A stretch of 64,000 bases of DNA from Magallana gigas. Its lineage: Eukaryota. The stretch spans positions 30,938,001 through 31,002,000 of the forward strand of contig NC_088854.1 in assembly GCF_963853765.1 (NCBI RefSeq), read 5' to 3'. The position numbers and the translations under genes were made by a program. This document shows, in pieces, positions 36,850-59,803 of this stretch. Each line of letters begins with the position of its first letter. Positions within the stretch are counted from its first letter, which is position 1. The notes beneath the pieces were generated by a model. The model was given only the letters and a program-made list of their open reading frames with translations. It was not told the origin of the DNA and searched no databases.

Positions 36850-39800
36850 GTAATACAGAAAATGGAACATTGTTTATTATATCAATATAATTTTACACAA
36901 TATATAAATAAAGACAGATAAGAAAGAATTTTCTGTATCATAGTTTATAGTAAAATAATGCATACAGCACACCCTATACACAATGTTGATCTCCACTTAC
37001 AATTGCAGTTTTGGGCAGAGATTTTTCCTGTTCAGCATGTTTCTTGTTGACCACATCTCTCAGCTGTTCTTCATCCCAGTTCTCCATTGTGTCTATGGGT
37101 AAAACATCGCCAGATATATTTTTTTTGCATAAAAAAATCTTACTAAGACAATTCTGTTAATTTATCATTTTCAAACACACTGAAACATAGACTGTCTGAT
37201 AATACCAATATATACTGTAACTGATATGTTGTGAATATAATAAAACATATCTACACTCTATCTGCTATATATTATGTCTGTCTTGTGAACATACCATCTT
37301 TTTCATCTCTGGAATCAGAATAAATGTTGATCTTCTCTCCTTTCCTCTCAATATTCAAGTCATGAGAAAATTTACACTTTGCTCCTTTTGAACATTGTCC
37401 TTGTTTGAAGAATGCACACAACACAGACTTGGGATCAACACCTGATGGAAAATTTTAAAAATTAACATCATCATACAAAAGTTTAATAGTCCATTACTTT
37501 GTGTACAATAAGTTTAAATTATTATAAATTATCATACAAAGGTTCAATAAACATTTAGTTTAACGTGGTATGGGACATCTGTCAATATTAATGTGGATTA
37601 AAGTACATTTTTATTATTTTCAAATTTTACGATATTTAACCAAAAAATAGCTTTTAAAAATATTTTGAGAGGTAACAATTGTAAAACCCCCAGCAGGATT
37701 CAAACTCAAGACTTACAAATTCATAGTAAACCGTGACAAAATTGGGAAAGAAACTACTTATATAATTACATTTGGTTTTATTGTTCATTTTAATAAACAC
37801 AATATGTCACAACATGGAAGTGTCCCAAACCACCTTAATAGTTCACATACTTGGTTTACAATACAATATATGAAATAAAAGCTACCTTTCAATAAGGAAA
37901 ACAAACTGGACATCAAGTATAGATCAACATAAAAACCAAAATTTTAGAATGTTGAAACTCTATAGCATACTGTAAATTCCTAATTAAACGCGAGGAATTA
38001 ATATCCGCGTAAAATCGCGAGAAGCATCCTTCGCGGATTTTAAAATCTCGCCATTATTTTCTGAGAGTTGAAAACTATAAGAAATAAGGAGAAAAGTTCA
38101 ATGTTCGCGATTTTATATTCTCGCGATTTGGTAGAAACCAGCGGGATCGCGGAATTAAGTACTCGCGTAATATAAGGAATTTACAGTATACAAGTCCCAA
38201 GAACAGTGCATATGAATTAAGAGAAATGTAATTATACAAAATGCATATCAATGCAGTATTTTACGGTATGTTTTTGTTAATTCTACCTTTGGAAACTGTT
38301 TGTACGGGCTTAAACAAAGTGCTCAGCTCATCAGCTTCTTTTTTCTTATCAAGTTTCTTCTTATTCTTGTCAGCCTCCGCCTGTGCCTGTATACACAAAT
38401 GGTTTTATTATTATCCAAATTTTCTTTTCTTTCTAACATTAACAACAACAATAATGATAAAAGTATCAACATAAGTGTTAACCTCCTGTGATGAAAAATA
38501 GGTAGATTTTGAACTGAAAAGCGATAGTATTGTGCACCGACCTTTTTACCTATATTTCAGAGCATAGATTTTATTATGTAAGTAAGGGTTTTTAATAAGC
38601 AGTTAAAGATATAAACTAAAATATAAGACTTTTGAAATTCATATTTTGTAATATTAACAATGCAATAATAATGTTTATATGCATTTACCATCATACTGAT
38701 TACAGATACATGTTTTAAATATTTGAGTGCAGAGACTTTAACAATAGCCTTTGTTAAAAAAAAAAAAAGGTTAAGTTACCATAACTTAGCATAAAAGAGA
38801 ATTAAGAACTAGTACTAGTAGGAAATCATATATTCTTTTTCAATATCAAAATGATGTTCACAAGTTTATCACAAATCATGCAGCATTGCAATTAACTGCA
38901 AGTCAAGTTTACTGTTATGGCCAAGTTGAAAGATATATTCAGTAATCGCTAAAGCCAAGTGTGGAATTGCAGAGCTTCTTTTTCCTTTGCGATGATAATA
39001 TTGACATGTCTTGTAACTAATGTAATCATGGAAAGTGGCTTCTTTCATCGTTCAATGTATAACACATGCTTAAAAATTTGTCATTCACCTGACTTTAAAT
39101 AAGTGCTTGTGTGTGCCTCCGATTTAATGTCATGCACTACTTTCAAACACGCGAGATTTTCTGGCCACAATGGATTCCAAAATAGCTAGCTATCAAAACA
39201 AGCAACATATTTTGAAGAAAATCTGTAGATTTTTTTAATAAAACCGGTAGGCAGGAAACAAAGCTAAAAAGCGGTAGACTTCCGCGTAAATCGGTAGAGT
39301 TTACGAATATGGTATCAAATTGCATAGTACTATAAACCAACTTTCACTCATGACATGACAACTCAAAGTTGTACCATTCTGACCATTGATAAACTAAATT
39401 TTAATGACCAATTTTCCTAACAAAACAAAACTAGATTCTATCATAAACATTGAGAGACATTAAAAGACTGGTTTGTTGAGAAAAATACCCAGGATGGCAA
39501 TGTTCTTGCACATAATTAAAAGTAACATTGTGTGAAACTTCAGACTATTGTGAATATAAGTATTATAAACCACTAAAATGCTTACCAGTTTACTGGCTTT
39601 CTGGTTTCCAAACTTGACTTGCTGTGTAACATTTTGGATGAACCTCTGTTGTTTCGCCCCCTTCTTGTTCTTCAAACCAAAGGTCTTGTCCTTACAGGGT
39701 AATAAATCATTGTATTAATTGAAATAAGTAATTAAACGTCTGGTATGAATCCCACTTTAATGCTCATGTTATTATTTCATCAAATATAAATGATATCCAT

Positions 39801-39987
39801 ATCAAACTCGATGTGGTGTTAATCTATAGGAGTAATGTCAACAATCTTCGTGTCTCCATAGATCAATGACATGTAATTGAAACTCCTATTGATAAGTTTG
39901 ACTCAAAATAAGTAGATTTACCTCGATAACTTTTTCCTTCTTCTTTTCAATAGTCTTTTTGCCAGGTTCATTTTTCTTTGGTGGCAT
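34262..39987 (-). CDS. ZC3H15: Zinc finger CCCH domain-containing protein 15 (DFRP1/Tma46 family), 12 coding exons, 433 aa
   Basis: Exons (- strand) 39987-39922, 39690-39586, 38386-38287, 37441-37295, 37092-37001, 36735-36630, 36438-36362, 36162-36094, 35773-35696, 35384-35280, 35001-34845 and 34461-34262 total 1302 nt in frame. Motifs [55 protein letters not shown] and [14 protein letters not shown]. Confidence 0.95.
36803..36844. repeat. (AG)n microsatellite
   Basis: Direct dinucleotide run in a ZC3H15 intron. Confidence 0.95.
37564..37834. mobile_element. Kolobok-like MITE (TTAA TSD) containing a tRNA-like fragment
   Basis: TTAA|CGTGGTATGGGACA ... TGTCCCAAACCACC|TTAA. The internal - strand sequence GAGTTTGAATCCTGCTGGGGG resembles a degenerate B-box and T-arm. 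Confidence 0.7.
37968..38188. mobile_element. Tc1/mariner-type MITE (TA termini)
   Basis: TIR TACTGTAAATTCCT ... AGGAATTTACAGTA, with a CGCG-rich interior, in ZC3H15 intron 3. Confidence 0.75.
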
Positions 39988-40535
39988 GGTATTTTATGAA
40001 TTTTGTGTTTCTTTTTTGTGATTTATTGCAAAAATCTGGCGAAATGTGGCTCGAGCCAAAATCGGAAGTACAACTCTGGAATACCGATCCCGATGCAATA
40101 CTTCCACCCCCCCCCTTTTTTTTTTAGATTTTCATAATTTTCAATGTTTATTTCATTTGCCTTGGGATACTGCATGCTTATATGTTTTGACACCCAAATA
40201 TCATTCATTCATAGTAGATTGCTTAAATGTATAATAAACATGTTATTTTGATATATATGATCGAATTACTTATAATATAATTTACAACAATTTTTAAAAT
40301 GTGTCCCCCCGTTATTTTATGTCTTTACTTATTTCTCAAATAAAGCTACCATCCTCAAACAACATTTTAAAAATTATTTGTTTGCTCTCTGTCTTTATCC
40401 CTTCGTAGGTTCTTATAGGCCTAATAAAAATGAATTCTAGCGTTATATAAAAAAAGGTTTGGTTTATTTAGACTGTCGATATTAAATAATATGACATTCG
40501 TCTCAAGCCACGGTCCGGAGCCCACATATATAGAG

Positions 40536-40536
<1 letters not shown>

Positions 40537-40608
<72 letters not shown>
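40537..40608. repeat. (CT)n microsatellite
   Basis: Direct dinucleotide run upstream of ZC3H15. Confidence 0.95.
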
Positions 40609-40611
<3 letters not shown>

Positions 40612-41825
40612 CAAAATTGAAGAGGATTGTGCATATTGAAGGTTGCTTGCAACAATGATAATAGATGGTTTAAAGTTAAAACTCTCACGCAGCTTTGAAA
40701 GAAAAATTATAATGTTCCTATTCAGTGCCGAAACTGGAGATCTATAAAACATTTATAGTTTGAAGAGGGCGCGAGCAAACAATTATTTTAATGGTAGCCC
40801 CATAGTTTTATTATTTTAGACTTGATTCTACGAGAAATGTATCCATTTCGGGTTTCTTGCATCATCACCTTAGTACATACATGTAACTACGTTAACTTTT
40901 CTGTCGCAGTTAAGACCTTTCCTTGTCCTTGTTGTTGTTGGCAAGATTTAGGATCTCTTGGAATTTTTCTAAGATGGAACGAACCTGCTAGGTCATATTA
41001 CAATGGAATGTGGGCAAATTCAGTTGGATCTTAATGAAAGAAGCATAAGCAATAGATTGTTCTATCAACAACATCAGCGGAGGCAGCACGTGCATGCATC
41101 GCGCCAATCCGAAGTACGCCAGTCTCTGCAATCGATAACTATATGGAATTGATTTTTGTATCTATTGCTCTCGCTGATGGAAATTAATGTTTGATGTTTC
41201 AAAGAGGCTATACCTGAACAAGGTGGAACGGTGGGCAGTTGTTATTAACATATCAGTTTTATTATACAGAAGATGCCCCTCGCCGTCACAGTACGGTACG
41301 TAGCGTTATTAAAAGTTCTAACCCCCCACAGCAACGTCTCGTGTTCACAGACAAAGCAGACTATAGTTAGCAGAAGCGCGGGAATCCCACTGGATATAAC
41401 ACAGGGTGTGCTTTTATTAGATGTTATTGTTTCTTTTTCTGCGCCGAGGAGTATGGCATTAGATTAATGAATGCAATCGTCTGCAAGGTAAGATAGCAAT
41501 AAATCTAGTCGCAGTGCTCTTAATTATTATATGTCACATTTGATACCGCATACTAACAGACTAAGGCGAAACTACTCAAGTTACCAGTAACTGATTGATT
41601 AACGTACAATTCGGAGTATGTCGGGTATTTCATGATCGAATTAAACGTATTGTCTATGTACATGCATGTATCGTTCATTTCCCAAGCGATATCTGTATAT
41701 TATGTTTTTCAATCATGAAATGGCCAATCCAAAGCTTGGCAGCTCACGTTTTTTTGTTTCTTTTTAGAGAACATGATTTGAAACGTTGACGTCATAACGT
41801 GTTTTTTGAGACAAGTTCTGCAACA

Positions 41826-42416
41826 ATGAATATGACAACACAAATGGTGTTAACAGATTCTCAGGACGGAATGACAAAAAGAGAAGAGAACATGACCATC
41901 GTGCTCGGAATAATGGCGCCAATATTCGTGGTTGTTGTGATGCTTGTTATTCTGTTGTTTTCTTTTTACAACTTTCACAAACGATTGCATCACAAAAAGA
42001 AACATCACATAGATTACGTCAGAGCAAACCTGCCATTGAAGCGTCCAAGAATTTCTCCGCCCAATATGAACACGTTCAATGCGTTAGATTGGAAATCGCG
42101 TGTGACACATGGTTCAAAGGAAACGAAATCTTTTTCAAAACTTTCATATTCAAGCGTTGCTAACGAGGATGTTTCTGACGCTGACACCGAGACCCCGGAT
42201 GTTTATGGTGCGAGTACTGAAAAAGAAGATTGTAGGGTGACGATAACTGATAACCTTGACCTCATGAGTTCAAAGGTCAAGAAGTCATATGGTTCTCGAT
42301 GGAAGTCTAATGACAAATTCGACAAGTATTTTTTTGAACTAGTTCCAACAATTTGTCAACCAGAGTCGGATTATCTGCCAGGTGACGAATTATTTGGAAA
42401 ATACCTCAACACGTGA
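41826..42416 (+). CDS. Uncharacterised single-exon single-pass (type III-like) membrane protein, 196 aa from the first ATG
   Basis: Open frame 41799-42416 with the first ATG at 41826. Two NMT sequons precede the TM segment IVLGIMAPIFVVVVMLVILLFSF. A basic, His-rich stretch HKRLHHKKKHH follows the TM. Confidence 0.75.
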   Translation: MNMTTQMVLTDSQDGMTKREENMTIVLGIMAPIFVVVVMLVILLFSFYNFHKRLHHKKKHHIDYVRANLPLKRPRISPPNMNTFNALDWKSRVTHGSKETKSFSKLSYSSVANEDVSDADTETPDVYGASTEKEDCRVTITDNLDLMSSKVKKSYGSRWKSNDKFDKYFFELVPTICQPESDYLPGDELFGKYLNT

Positions 42417-43258
42417 TGTTTGTTTTAAAACTCTAAATTCACTTATTGAACCAATACTTCAGAGATCATTCAAGGAAAACCGATCACGTTCAAATTCGTT
42501 GGTTCGGTCCGAAATGCGTCATTTGCAATTTTGTCCCTATTCTGACTAAATGACTGAACTATGCTTCGAATATTTGCATCTTTGACATCATGTTTGCAGT
42601 GGTGGAAGAAGAAAAAAACCATGAATAGAATACAAATTAAACCATCTAGGGAGGCCGGAGTTATGACGTTCCACGCAGATGAGATTACAAAAAAAACATT
42701 GATGGGATCTATTGTTAAGACTAGCTTCGTTAGCTTGAATTATATTAAAATGATTCATGTTTAATCATGAAGGAAACTAAGGATTGTTTTTCCTTTGCGG
42801 TAACATATCAAAGTGAATAATAAGGAATGATCCTGACCTATGATATTATACTGCTTAAATACGGAGAGTTGCATTGCAAATTGTCTAATGATTGACGTCA
42901 TAAGTGAAGAGAAAGGTCTTCAAATGTCGGCGGCCGTGGGTCTAGCTACCACTTCATAGGAACTCGGCCAATTTGAAGGTTTCATTTAGAGGTTCGTAGT
43001 ATCGGCTGCTTCTCTAATGAACACATGCATTTCTACGCATTGGGACTTAAATAGCTTAAAAACCACAAAATTCACCAATAAACTTCTCACAATAATCATC
43101 TTGGCATAGTAAAACTCACTTGTATTATGTTAAATAATGATTGGTTTATTTCCATAACCTATAGTTAAGATTCATCAAAATTGTATTTGGCATGAGACGG
43201 TCAAATAGCTATAGATCTAAAATGTCACCGCCATAGATCATCTGTTTTATGTCGTTTT

Positions 43259-43560
43259 TAACCGGATTTTCCAAAGGAAAAATCCGGTTATTGAAATGTT
43301 GAAAATGGCGGGCGGCTGTCAAAAGGGTATACCCCTATTGTACGGATAACTCCTCCTACAGTTTTCAAGATAGGAAGTTGATGTTTTGCTGATCAATTTT
43401 GCATATATATCAGAGATGTGCATACTACCTGGATTTTCATTCTTAATAATTTATTTTTAAAAATTAAAATAAAAGCTTTTGAATTAAGTCATTTTCTCTC
43501 AGAATATTGCATAACATATTGGATGACAAATGGTTATAGATACAGTTCACATAAAAGAAA
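43259..43560. repeat. Dispersed repeat with a terminal hairpin, possibly a non-autonomous Helitron-like element
   Basis: Hairpin TAACCGGATTTTCC-AAA-GGAAAAATCCGGTTA at 43259-43290, followed by GATAACTCCTCCTACAGTTTTCAAG. The family assignment is from recollection only and the right boundary is approximate. Confidence 0.35.
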
Positions 43561-46174
43561 ACCCGGTTTTCTGTCACATTCACAGCTTTTCACTTGTTTA
43601 AAACTCTACTACAGTACATGTCAATATGTCAAACAATTGATTTGTATAAACCCGTTCACTGTAAACAAAATTTAACCGATGATATATAAGGACGAATCAT
43701 ATGTAAACTGACTATTTGATTCTGGAAAATACAATGTTAATAACTTAACATCATTTACTAATTATCTCCACTTTGAATAGGACCTACATGTATATACGTG
43801 TATCTCCTTAATTTGAAAATAGATTTGCAAGACTATATATAACCTAAGGATACTTTGTGCAAAGTTTGGTGAAAGCTCATTGGCTCTAGAAAAGAAGATG
43901 CAAATGTCAAGAGTTTCAAAGACAACAACGGTTACCGTTTGTGCAAAATTATCATTACAAAGGACAGGAAATACTGTTATGATTTAAATTATAATTAAAA
44001 TTTTTGATTGAGATTTATGCTATTGTTTTTATGAAAATGAATGCTAGTAATTGTTCCTTGTATTTTTTTTTCCTTGGGCTTGAAGAGTGACATATTTTTC
44101 AGTTCCTCCCCAAAATACACTTTTCGTGGACCAGTACTGTTTTCTTCATTTGTTTGATCATTTCGTCTCAGCAAAATTTCCGTAGAGGTGAACGGGGTGT
44201 ACTGATATCAATGTTGCTATAGAACTTTCTTTCATAGCAAACTCATATGCTTTCGGTATATGATGCATGATAATAAAAGGTATGTTGCTTAATTAAAAAA
44301 AGAGGGACACCCCCACTCCCACCCCACACATACACAATCACTGTGCTATATGTCTGTTTTCTTTTAGTCGCAATAAGTGTTTAGAGTCCTCTCAAGAATC
44401 CGATTCTTTTTCAAGGTGCAGTCAGATAGACATATGCCATTTTAAAACGCCATTATATGTGTCTGATAGTAAACTGTAAACATATAGTTTACATATTTTA
44501 AACTATCGCCATAAATAATTCTATTTCTGTCATTCCTATATGAGTATATCTATTCTATATTTGTAACTGTAAATAAATAACATCTGTTTAGATGTCATTA
44601 ATTCCGAGCAAATCAATGGTCAATCTATAAAACTACTAAGTAAAGCTTCTGCGAGTAATTGTCAGTGTGAGGTCACTGATAGCGTCACTTAGAATCTCAG
44701 ATTGTCATTAATCTAGATTGGAAATCCGAAGCATCAAGTGCGCATGCTTGAAGTGATGACGAAGATTTTTTTTTTTTAAACTCGATTTGTCAAGCACTCT
44801 CTGGGACTTAGATCTAAGATGATCTTAATCAATTATTCATTTTTCGAAAGCCTCATATAGTGCTGTGACAAGAACATATGGTGAACTTACTAGATGAAAA
44901 CTGTCTCCTGACAGATGCATTTCCTCGCAGTTACCCTCTTTCGGATCACTGGTTACAGCATTAAGAATGCAAGGACATGTAAAAATACAGACGTCAAATG
45001 TTAGCATGCTTTAATGTCACAGAGAAAATAATACTAGTACATGTATATATACTTATTCACAAATTGACTATAGTTACTGATAATTACTGATAATTACGGA
45101 GAAAAGCAACATGGGTTTTTTTTTTCATCATGACGTATACGTACGTGCAATGTAATATTTGAAGTGATGCTAATTTTCAGAGGATAGTGAATGGATTCGA
45201 ATGCTCGATAACTTGTTGTATGGCTGTATGTAATTTCAGGGAATTAATTGATTGTGGCTAGGCCATGAATCGAATCCACGTCCAATACATTTTTAGACAG
45301 TTAATTGTTCTGACACTAAGCTATCCAGTTTCATTTTCCCGCCATTTTAGCCAAAACCACTACAGATACATCAGCTTTATAATGGTAAAGTCTTTGTTTG
45401 CTAATACGTAATAATGTTTTTATGTGTTTATCCTAGCACTGCACGCTTTTATCTCCTCCCCTTTTTTCAGACTTTGGAAATTCACTGTTTATAATAATGC
45501 ACGTAGTACCGTGCATTAACCTTGCATGTTAACTGCAAAAAACACGAGAAAAATAAATGCGCAGATCGATGTTGTGAAAGGGATAAAAATGTGAGAAATA
45601 ACAACTTAAAAACACCTGTTAAAACAGACATCGGGCAACACCAAATTACGAATGTAGGCGTTTGTTTATGTGATTAATATTTTACTAATGACTGCCTAAG
45701 CCATTGATTATTTGGCAAACAGCTTCCGTCTATGATGAGCTTCATTTTAAAGATTGAATCTATTTATAAGCGACAGATAACGATCCTTGTGTAAAATATC
45801 ACATGCATCTTGTCGTAAATTTTTATAATATAAAAGACTACATAAGTGCATAAAATTTCTTTCGCTCGTTCAAGCTCCTTATTTCCTTCCATTTAAATAT
45901 CGATATCATATTCTTCCTTCTCGCTAACTTTGAAAATCGTGCATAAAGAATCAAAAGAAACTACTCCGCTTGATAGAAAGGCATGCAGTTGTAAATGATC
46001 TCTTATTTATGCGTACGAGATGGCCTTTGATAATCATTTCAAAGAAAATGGCTTATTTTTGTTAATTCTTAGGAACAAATAGTTTAATCTTTGTTGATAA
46101 AAGAAAAAGAGGACGAAGCCTCCATTGCGATGAAAAAGAAACGCTAATTGCAAGGAATTGAAATAATATTTTAA

Positions 46175-46547
46175 CAGACACGTAGCATCGGGATTGGGGG
46201 GGGGGGGGGGGGGGTCCGTTCTCCCCCCCCCCCCCCCCTGTTTTTCGCAGTCCACATTTTTCATAAATTTGACATATGAAGATTTGAACTATCAGGCAGT
46301 TCCCCATCCTACCCAATAGTATTTGGGACTAAATAAAGAATTGAAATGAAAATACCTATGTTTGGCGCACCCCACCTTTACGGATCAGGATTTTTGCGAT
46401 TTTCGGAATTTTAAAAAAATAGTTTTGCCTTTTGCTTGTCATGATTTCGGAAAGTTTTATTTATTTATTTATTCATTTATTTATTTGCTTGTCAAGATTT
46501 TTTGGATGAGTGTCCAAAAAACTTTAAAAAACGATGCCACGTGCCTG
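46175..46547. mobile_element. Poly-G/poly-C MITE with 5-bp TSD (same family as 16476-16844)
   Basis: CAGACACGTAGCATC ... GATGCCACGTGCCTG. TSD TTTAA at 46170-46174 and 46548-46552. Confidence 0.82.
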
Positions 46548-47532
46548 TTTAATCTACAATGGCAGCCATGATGAATCTGCTTTTGAACACAACGGTATTA
46601 AAATTTCTAAACTTTATAGAAATGTTGCATCTGTAATAATTGCATTAAGCCATACAATATGCAATTTTAACGAACGCTGAATTCAAATGTAAATTTCAAG
46701 CAAAATATTTTTTAAAGCACTTAATTTTTTATATCTTCGCTATTCTCAAAATGTTAAAAGCCACAAAAAAGAGCCAGTAATTGTTTAAAAATAGTGAATG
46801 AATAATGAAAAATAGGATGGTAATGAAGGAGAGTACTGAGTTATTGCATATATATGCGTCATTTCAATGAGAGGATTCGATCTAGCGGAAGCATGGAAGG
46901 ATACTAGTATCTAGATCGATTCTCGATTATTGGTTAATTCAATGACGTCACCGGTCGAGAGGGTTAAAACTGAACATGCGTTCAAGCTGCTGCGTACGGC
47001 AACGTAGATATTCGTAGTCAATATTTTTGTAACAAACATGAAATTTATCTTGTATAGTAACATTCTGTTCATTTCTAAAATTTATTATGAATTTTAACAT
47101 GCATATTTCCGCTCGAAATTAACAAACTATGCCGATGTGATAAGTCTGTAGTTGAATATTACAAATATTTCAAATCAGAGATCTACTGGCTAAACTAGCG
47201 CTCTGTTCAACAGACCTAGATATCTACGACCTAGAGACTAGGCTTTCAACTACGATCTTGAACATAGTCCTAAATACAAATTTAGCTGAGTTAGTTTGAT
47301 CTTCTAAGTATGATTCTAATAATATAATCATTCTATATTTCTTACGGAAAGTGATGGTAATTCATAGCTATGTAGAAACTGAACAATTGGTCGACCTTCA
47401 TCGACTTTAAAAATATCAGGGACTGTACTAGATAATCATCATGATATCAGACTCAAATTCCAATTTTACTAATACTCTTTATGATCAATTCATTAATTTG
47501 TTAAAAGAAAGATGCAAATATAAGAAAATGAA

Positions 47533-47663
47533 ATGCTTTCTTTGATGATTCATGCGGATTATGAAGGCTGAAAAAGAAATTACATAACCCGTTAACGAGG
47601 GTTGTGTATTTTTTCTGCATTGCCCCCACCTTCATATCCCGCATGAATCACCAAAGAAAGCAT
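47533..47663. mobile_element. Palindromic MITE-like repeat
   Basis: ATGCTTTCTTTGATGATTCATGCGGATTATGAAGG ... CCTTCATATCCCGCATGAATCACCAAAGAAAGCAT inverted arms with an inner hairpin. Confidence 0.7.
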
Positions 47664-48613
47664 CTTATTGTTAGTTTTAACAGTTTTACATAGTTTTAAC
47701 AGTTCTTTGTTAACAAGCTAAATCAAATGTACAAAATGGCAACGAATGTTTCACCCACCCTTTAGGATGACAGATAAGTTGCTATAAATTATAGTTTGCG
47801 ATGCCACGACCTAACTTTCTTCAACGACTGTTCGTGCGTTTTATATTACTTTTTCTTTGTGACTTTTGGTGCCCCAGCCCCAGGATGTAATGAAATTTCA
47901 GTAAATACACTCTCCTTCATTCCTCATGATGTACTCATATTTGATAAAAGTTTGTTTTGGTTTTTTTTGTTTCGTTTGTTTGTTTTTTGGGGTTTTTTTT
48001 TTGTTGGATTTTTTTGTTCTTAACTTTGGGTTTTTTTTAATAAAAATGTGCTCAAACATTAAGATTATTTGATCATATTTTCTGTCCATTACAGTATTGA
48101 AAAAAAAAACCTTTTTCTCCGAAGAACTATTTCGAACATATACAATGTATTAACAAATTATACCTACATCACAATTTCTAGCATAAGCACGGTGGGGAAA
48201 TCCACTGATATCGTACGCCTTGGTTTGAACTAGGCTCTTTGTATTTAAAACAAGCCCACAGAGTCTCTTAAACATGTTGTGTTGTACAATTAATTGTCTG
48301 TAGCACTGTTGTCCCAGAAGTCTCGGCACGAGACAATCAATATTAGATTACACAGTAACACTATACATTTTACATGCATGCCTTTTATGTTATCGTTGGT
48401 TGGTGCACCATGTAGATATCTACTTACTTCTGGGTCCAATTTACATTTACAATGTACATATGTATATGGCTTTGGGTTTGTTAGTTTTTATAGCGAGGGT
48501 GATAGCCTGTTTGTTTGTTGTTTCGTTTACATTTCGTATAGACTTTTTTTCTGCACGAAAATTTAGATACATGTAGTTATAAATGGCAATGAAATACATG
48601 CACAGAAAAAAAT

Positions 48614-48790
48614 ATAAGTCGATTTTTTTTACACATTCGTAATATTACGTGACAGTAAAAATTTTTCTTCAAAAATAAGTCGATTTTTTAAGCATTCGTA
48701 CATGTAATATTACGTGACAGTAGAATACTCTTCTTTTTTAAGTATAAGTCGGTTTCCTTAAACATTTGTAATATTACGTGACAGTAGAAT
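48614..48790. repeat. Three-copy degenerate minisatellite (period about 61-69 bp)
   Basis: ATAAGTCG...CATT.GTAATATTACGTGACAGTA units start at 48614, 48675 and 48744. Confidence 0.8.
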
Positions 48791-49788
48791 ATTTTTTTTT
48801 ATTTTTAGAAAGCCCTTGAACATCAATGAATAATAAATCAAATGATCATCACACTGAGTACAATGTAGGAAGTTCTACTTCCACAAAGTACATTAAATAA
48901 TAGTATGTACCGGTATATTGGGATTTGGTGGCCTTTTACGTAAAGTCGAAAATAATATATTGATTCTAGTCCGCCTCAGATCTTCCAATACATCTTTCAA
49001 TAATTAATAATTATTATCTATATAGCTTGCCAATTTCAATTCAAATAGAAGCGAGAGTGGCAGACACGAGTACACATTATGCTAACATTTTATGATGCAA
49101 AATTAATACAATCTATATACTTTGAAGACAAATGATTGAAATATCCCACTGACTCGGTCTTTCTGTTCTTATATTTTGCATGCTTATTCTGAATACACCG
49201 CATAAAAAGACAACCAATATTCAATACCATGGCATTTACACAAAATAAATTACCTATATCACATTATCAAATTTTAGGAGGTTTTTTTTTCCCTTGATTC
49301 TAATCGACTTCCGTATGACTGTCTATAAAAAATCGATTTTTTTCCCTCAAAACGCGTCCTATACATTTTTAAAATTTTAAATGGTTGTTGAATGTACACG
49401 CATTTCCCAAAGCGAAACAAAAACGACAGAATCCTAGCCAAAACATTGCAGCATTTAACTAATTTATCCCATCGATCTACAAACATAATATTATTTTGAA
49501 AGATGAAGATCCGAGGTGTGTGTATTGGGGGGGGGGTGCAGTATGTGTTCGTTTTGTCTCTTTCTGTCCATCTGCCAAAACTTTGGTTCTAACTACCGGT
49601 ATTAAAGCGGAAGTCGGTTAACTCTAAAAGTTTGGCATGCTTTCAACGTCTGCATAACTGTACCAGATTCTGAATTTGCCCTAGATACATGTGAATTTCA
49701 GATTGACAGTGTGCAATAAAATTACTTCTGGCATTTGTGTTTGTATATAAATACATCTTGTTTTCAAAGCAGACCATCTTGAATTTAA

Positions 49789-50296
49789 GGTATTCAATGT
49801 ATAATGAAGGGCTATTGAACAATTTTGAATAATTTTAAACTAGTTAAATATGTATTGCTAGATAATTATGAAATTGAAATGAACCAAATTCACATGACAG
49901 ACATCATATAAGGAGCTGGTCATTTCGCACTTTAATTTTTTTTTAAAGAGTTATCTCCCCTTGATGAAAAAAAGAAAATTTTAATTTCGTCAAAATATCT
50001 GCGGTAAATGATTCATTTTATTTCATAATTCGATAAAAAGAAACTTTATGCATCTATTAACCAAGAGAGTTTAACGAATTTCAAGTTAATTTTTACAATA
50101 TCTTTATAAAACATACGTTGCCCATAGACGTCAATGCAAAATTCAAAGTGTAATTAGTTGGACCATTATCAAAATTTTGAAAATTCCTTTGGTGGAGTAT
50201 TTTTATTTGATAACACCTTCAAAATGATATCATGATTAAGAATATCGGACCATTCATTTATAAGGTACAAAATGTGGTCGTTATACATCGAATACC
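49789..50296. mobile_element. Kolobok-like non-autonomous DNA transposon (TTAA TSD)
   Basis: TTAA|GGTATTCAATGTATAA ... TTATACATCGAATACC|TTAA. Confidence 0.78.
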
Positions 50297-50822
50297 TTAA
50301 TGAAGTTACTAAGAATTAAAGCTCACAAGGGCCATCTGTCAAAAAATGTAAGATTTTCCCCAATTCTACACCGAAATATTTGTCTTTCCATGTAAACCTC
50401 CCAACAAAAACAAAAATATTTGTTTTGTCTTTTTTTTTATTAGATCAAGGAATTATGCTTCAGGTGTACATGATATAAATGGGAATGTTTCCAACAGTGG
50501 TGTATATATATACACATGACGAATATGGGGTAACCTTTTCAACATTCTCAATGTTAAATAATGTATATGTATAAGCATGTCATAAAGCATACTAGAAGTA
50601 TAAAGTACATATGTTATCTTGGATTGTGTAATATAAATAAACAATTTTTCCCCAAATATATAACAATTAATAATAATAAAAACCTATGAAATATTAAGGC
50701 TCAAAATATATCAGAAACACAATTCATTGAAAATGAAATTATTCAAAATGAAATCATGAGATTGGTGTTGCATGCTGGGAGGGACCTTGGCAGTGCATGC
50801 TGGGAGATTGTCATGGGTACTT

Positions 50823-59803
<8,981 letters not shown>

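Noticed and set aside
40468-40752. ORFs containing ERERER runs (also at 36643 and 54925)
   Set aside because: They are translations of (AG)n/(CT)n microsatellites.
48614-48790. CRISPR-like array
   Set aside because: Only three degenerate units with similar spacers, in a eukaryotic context with no cas genes. It is an ordinary minisatellite.
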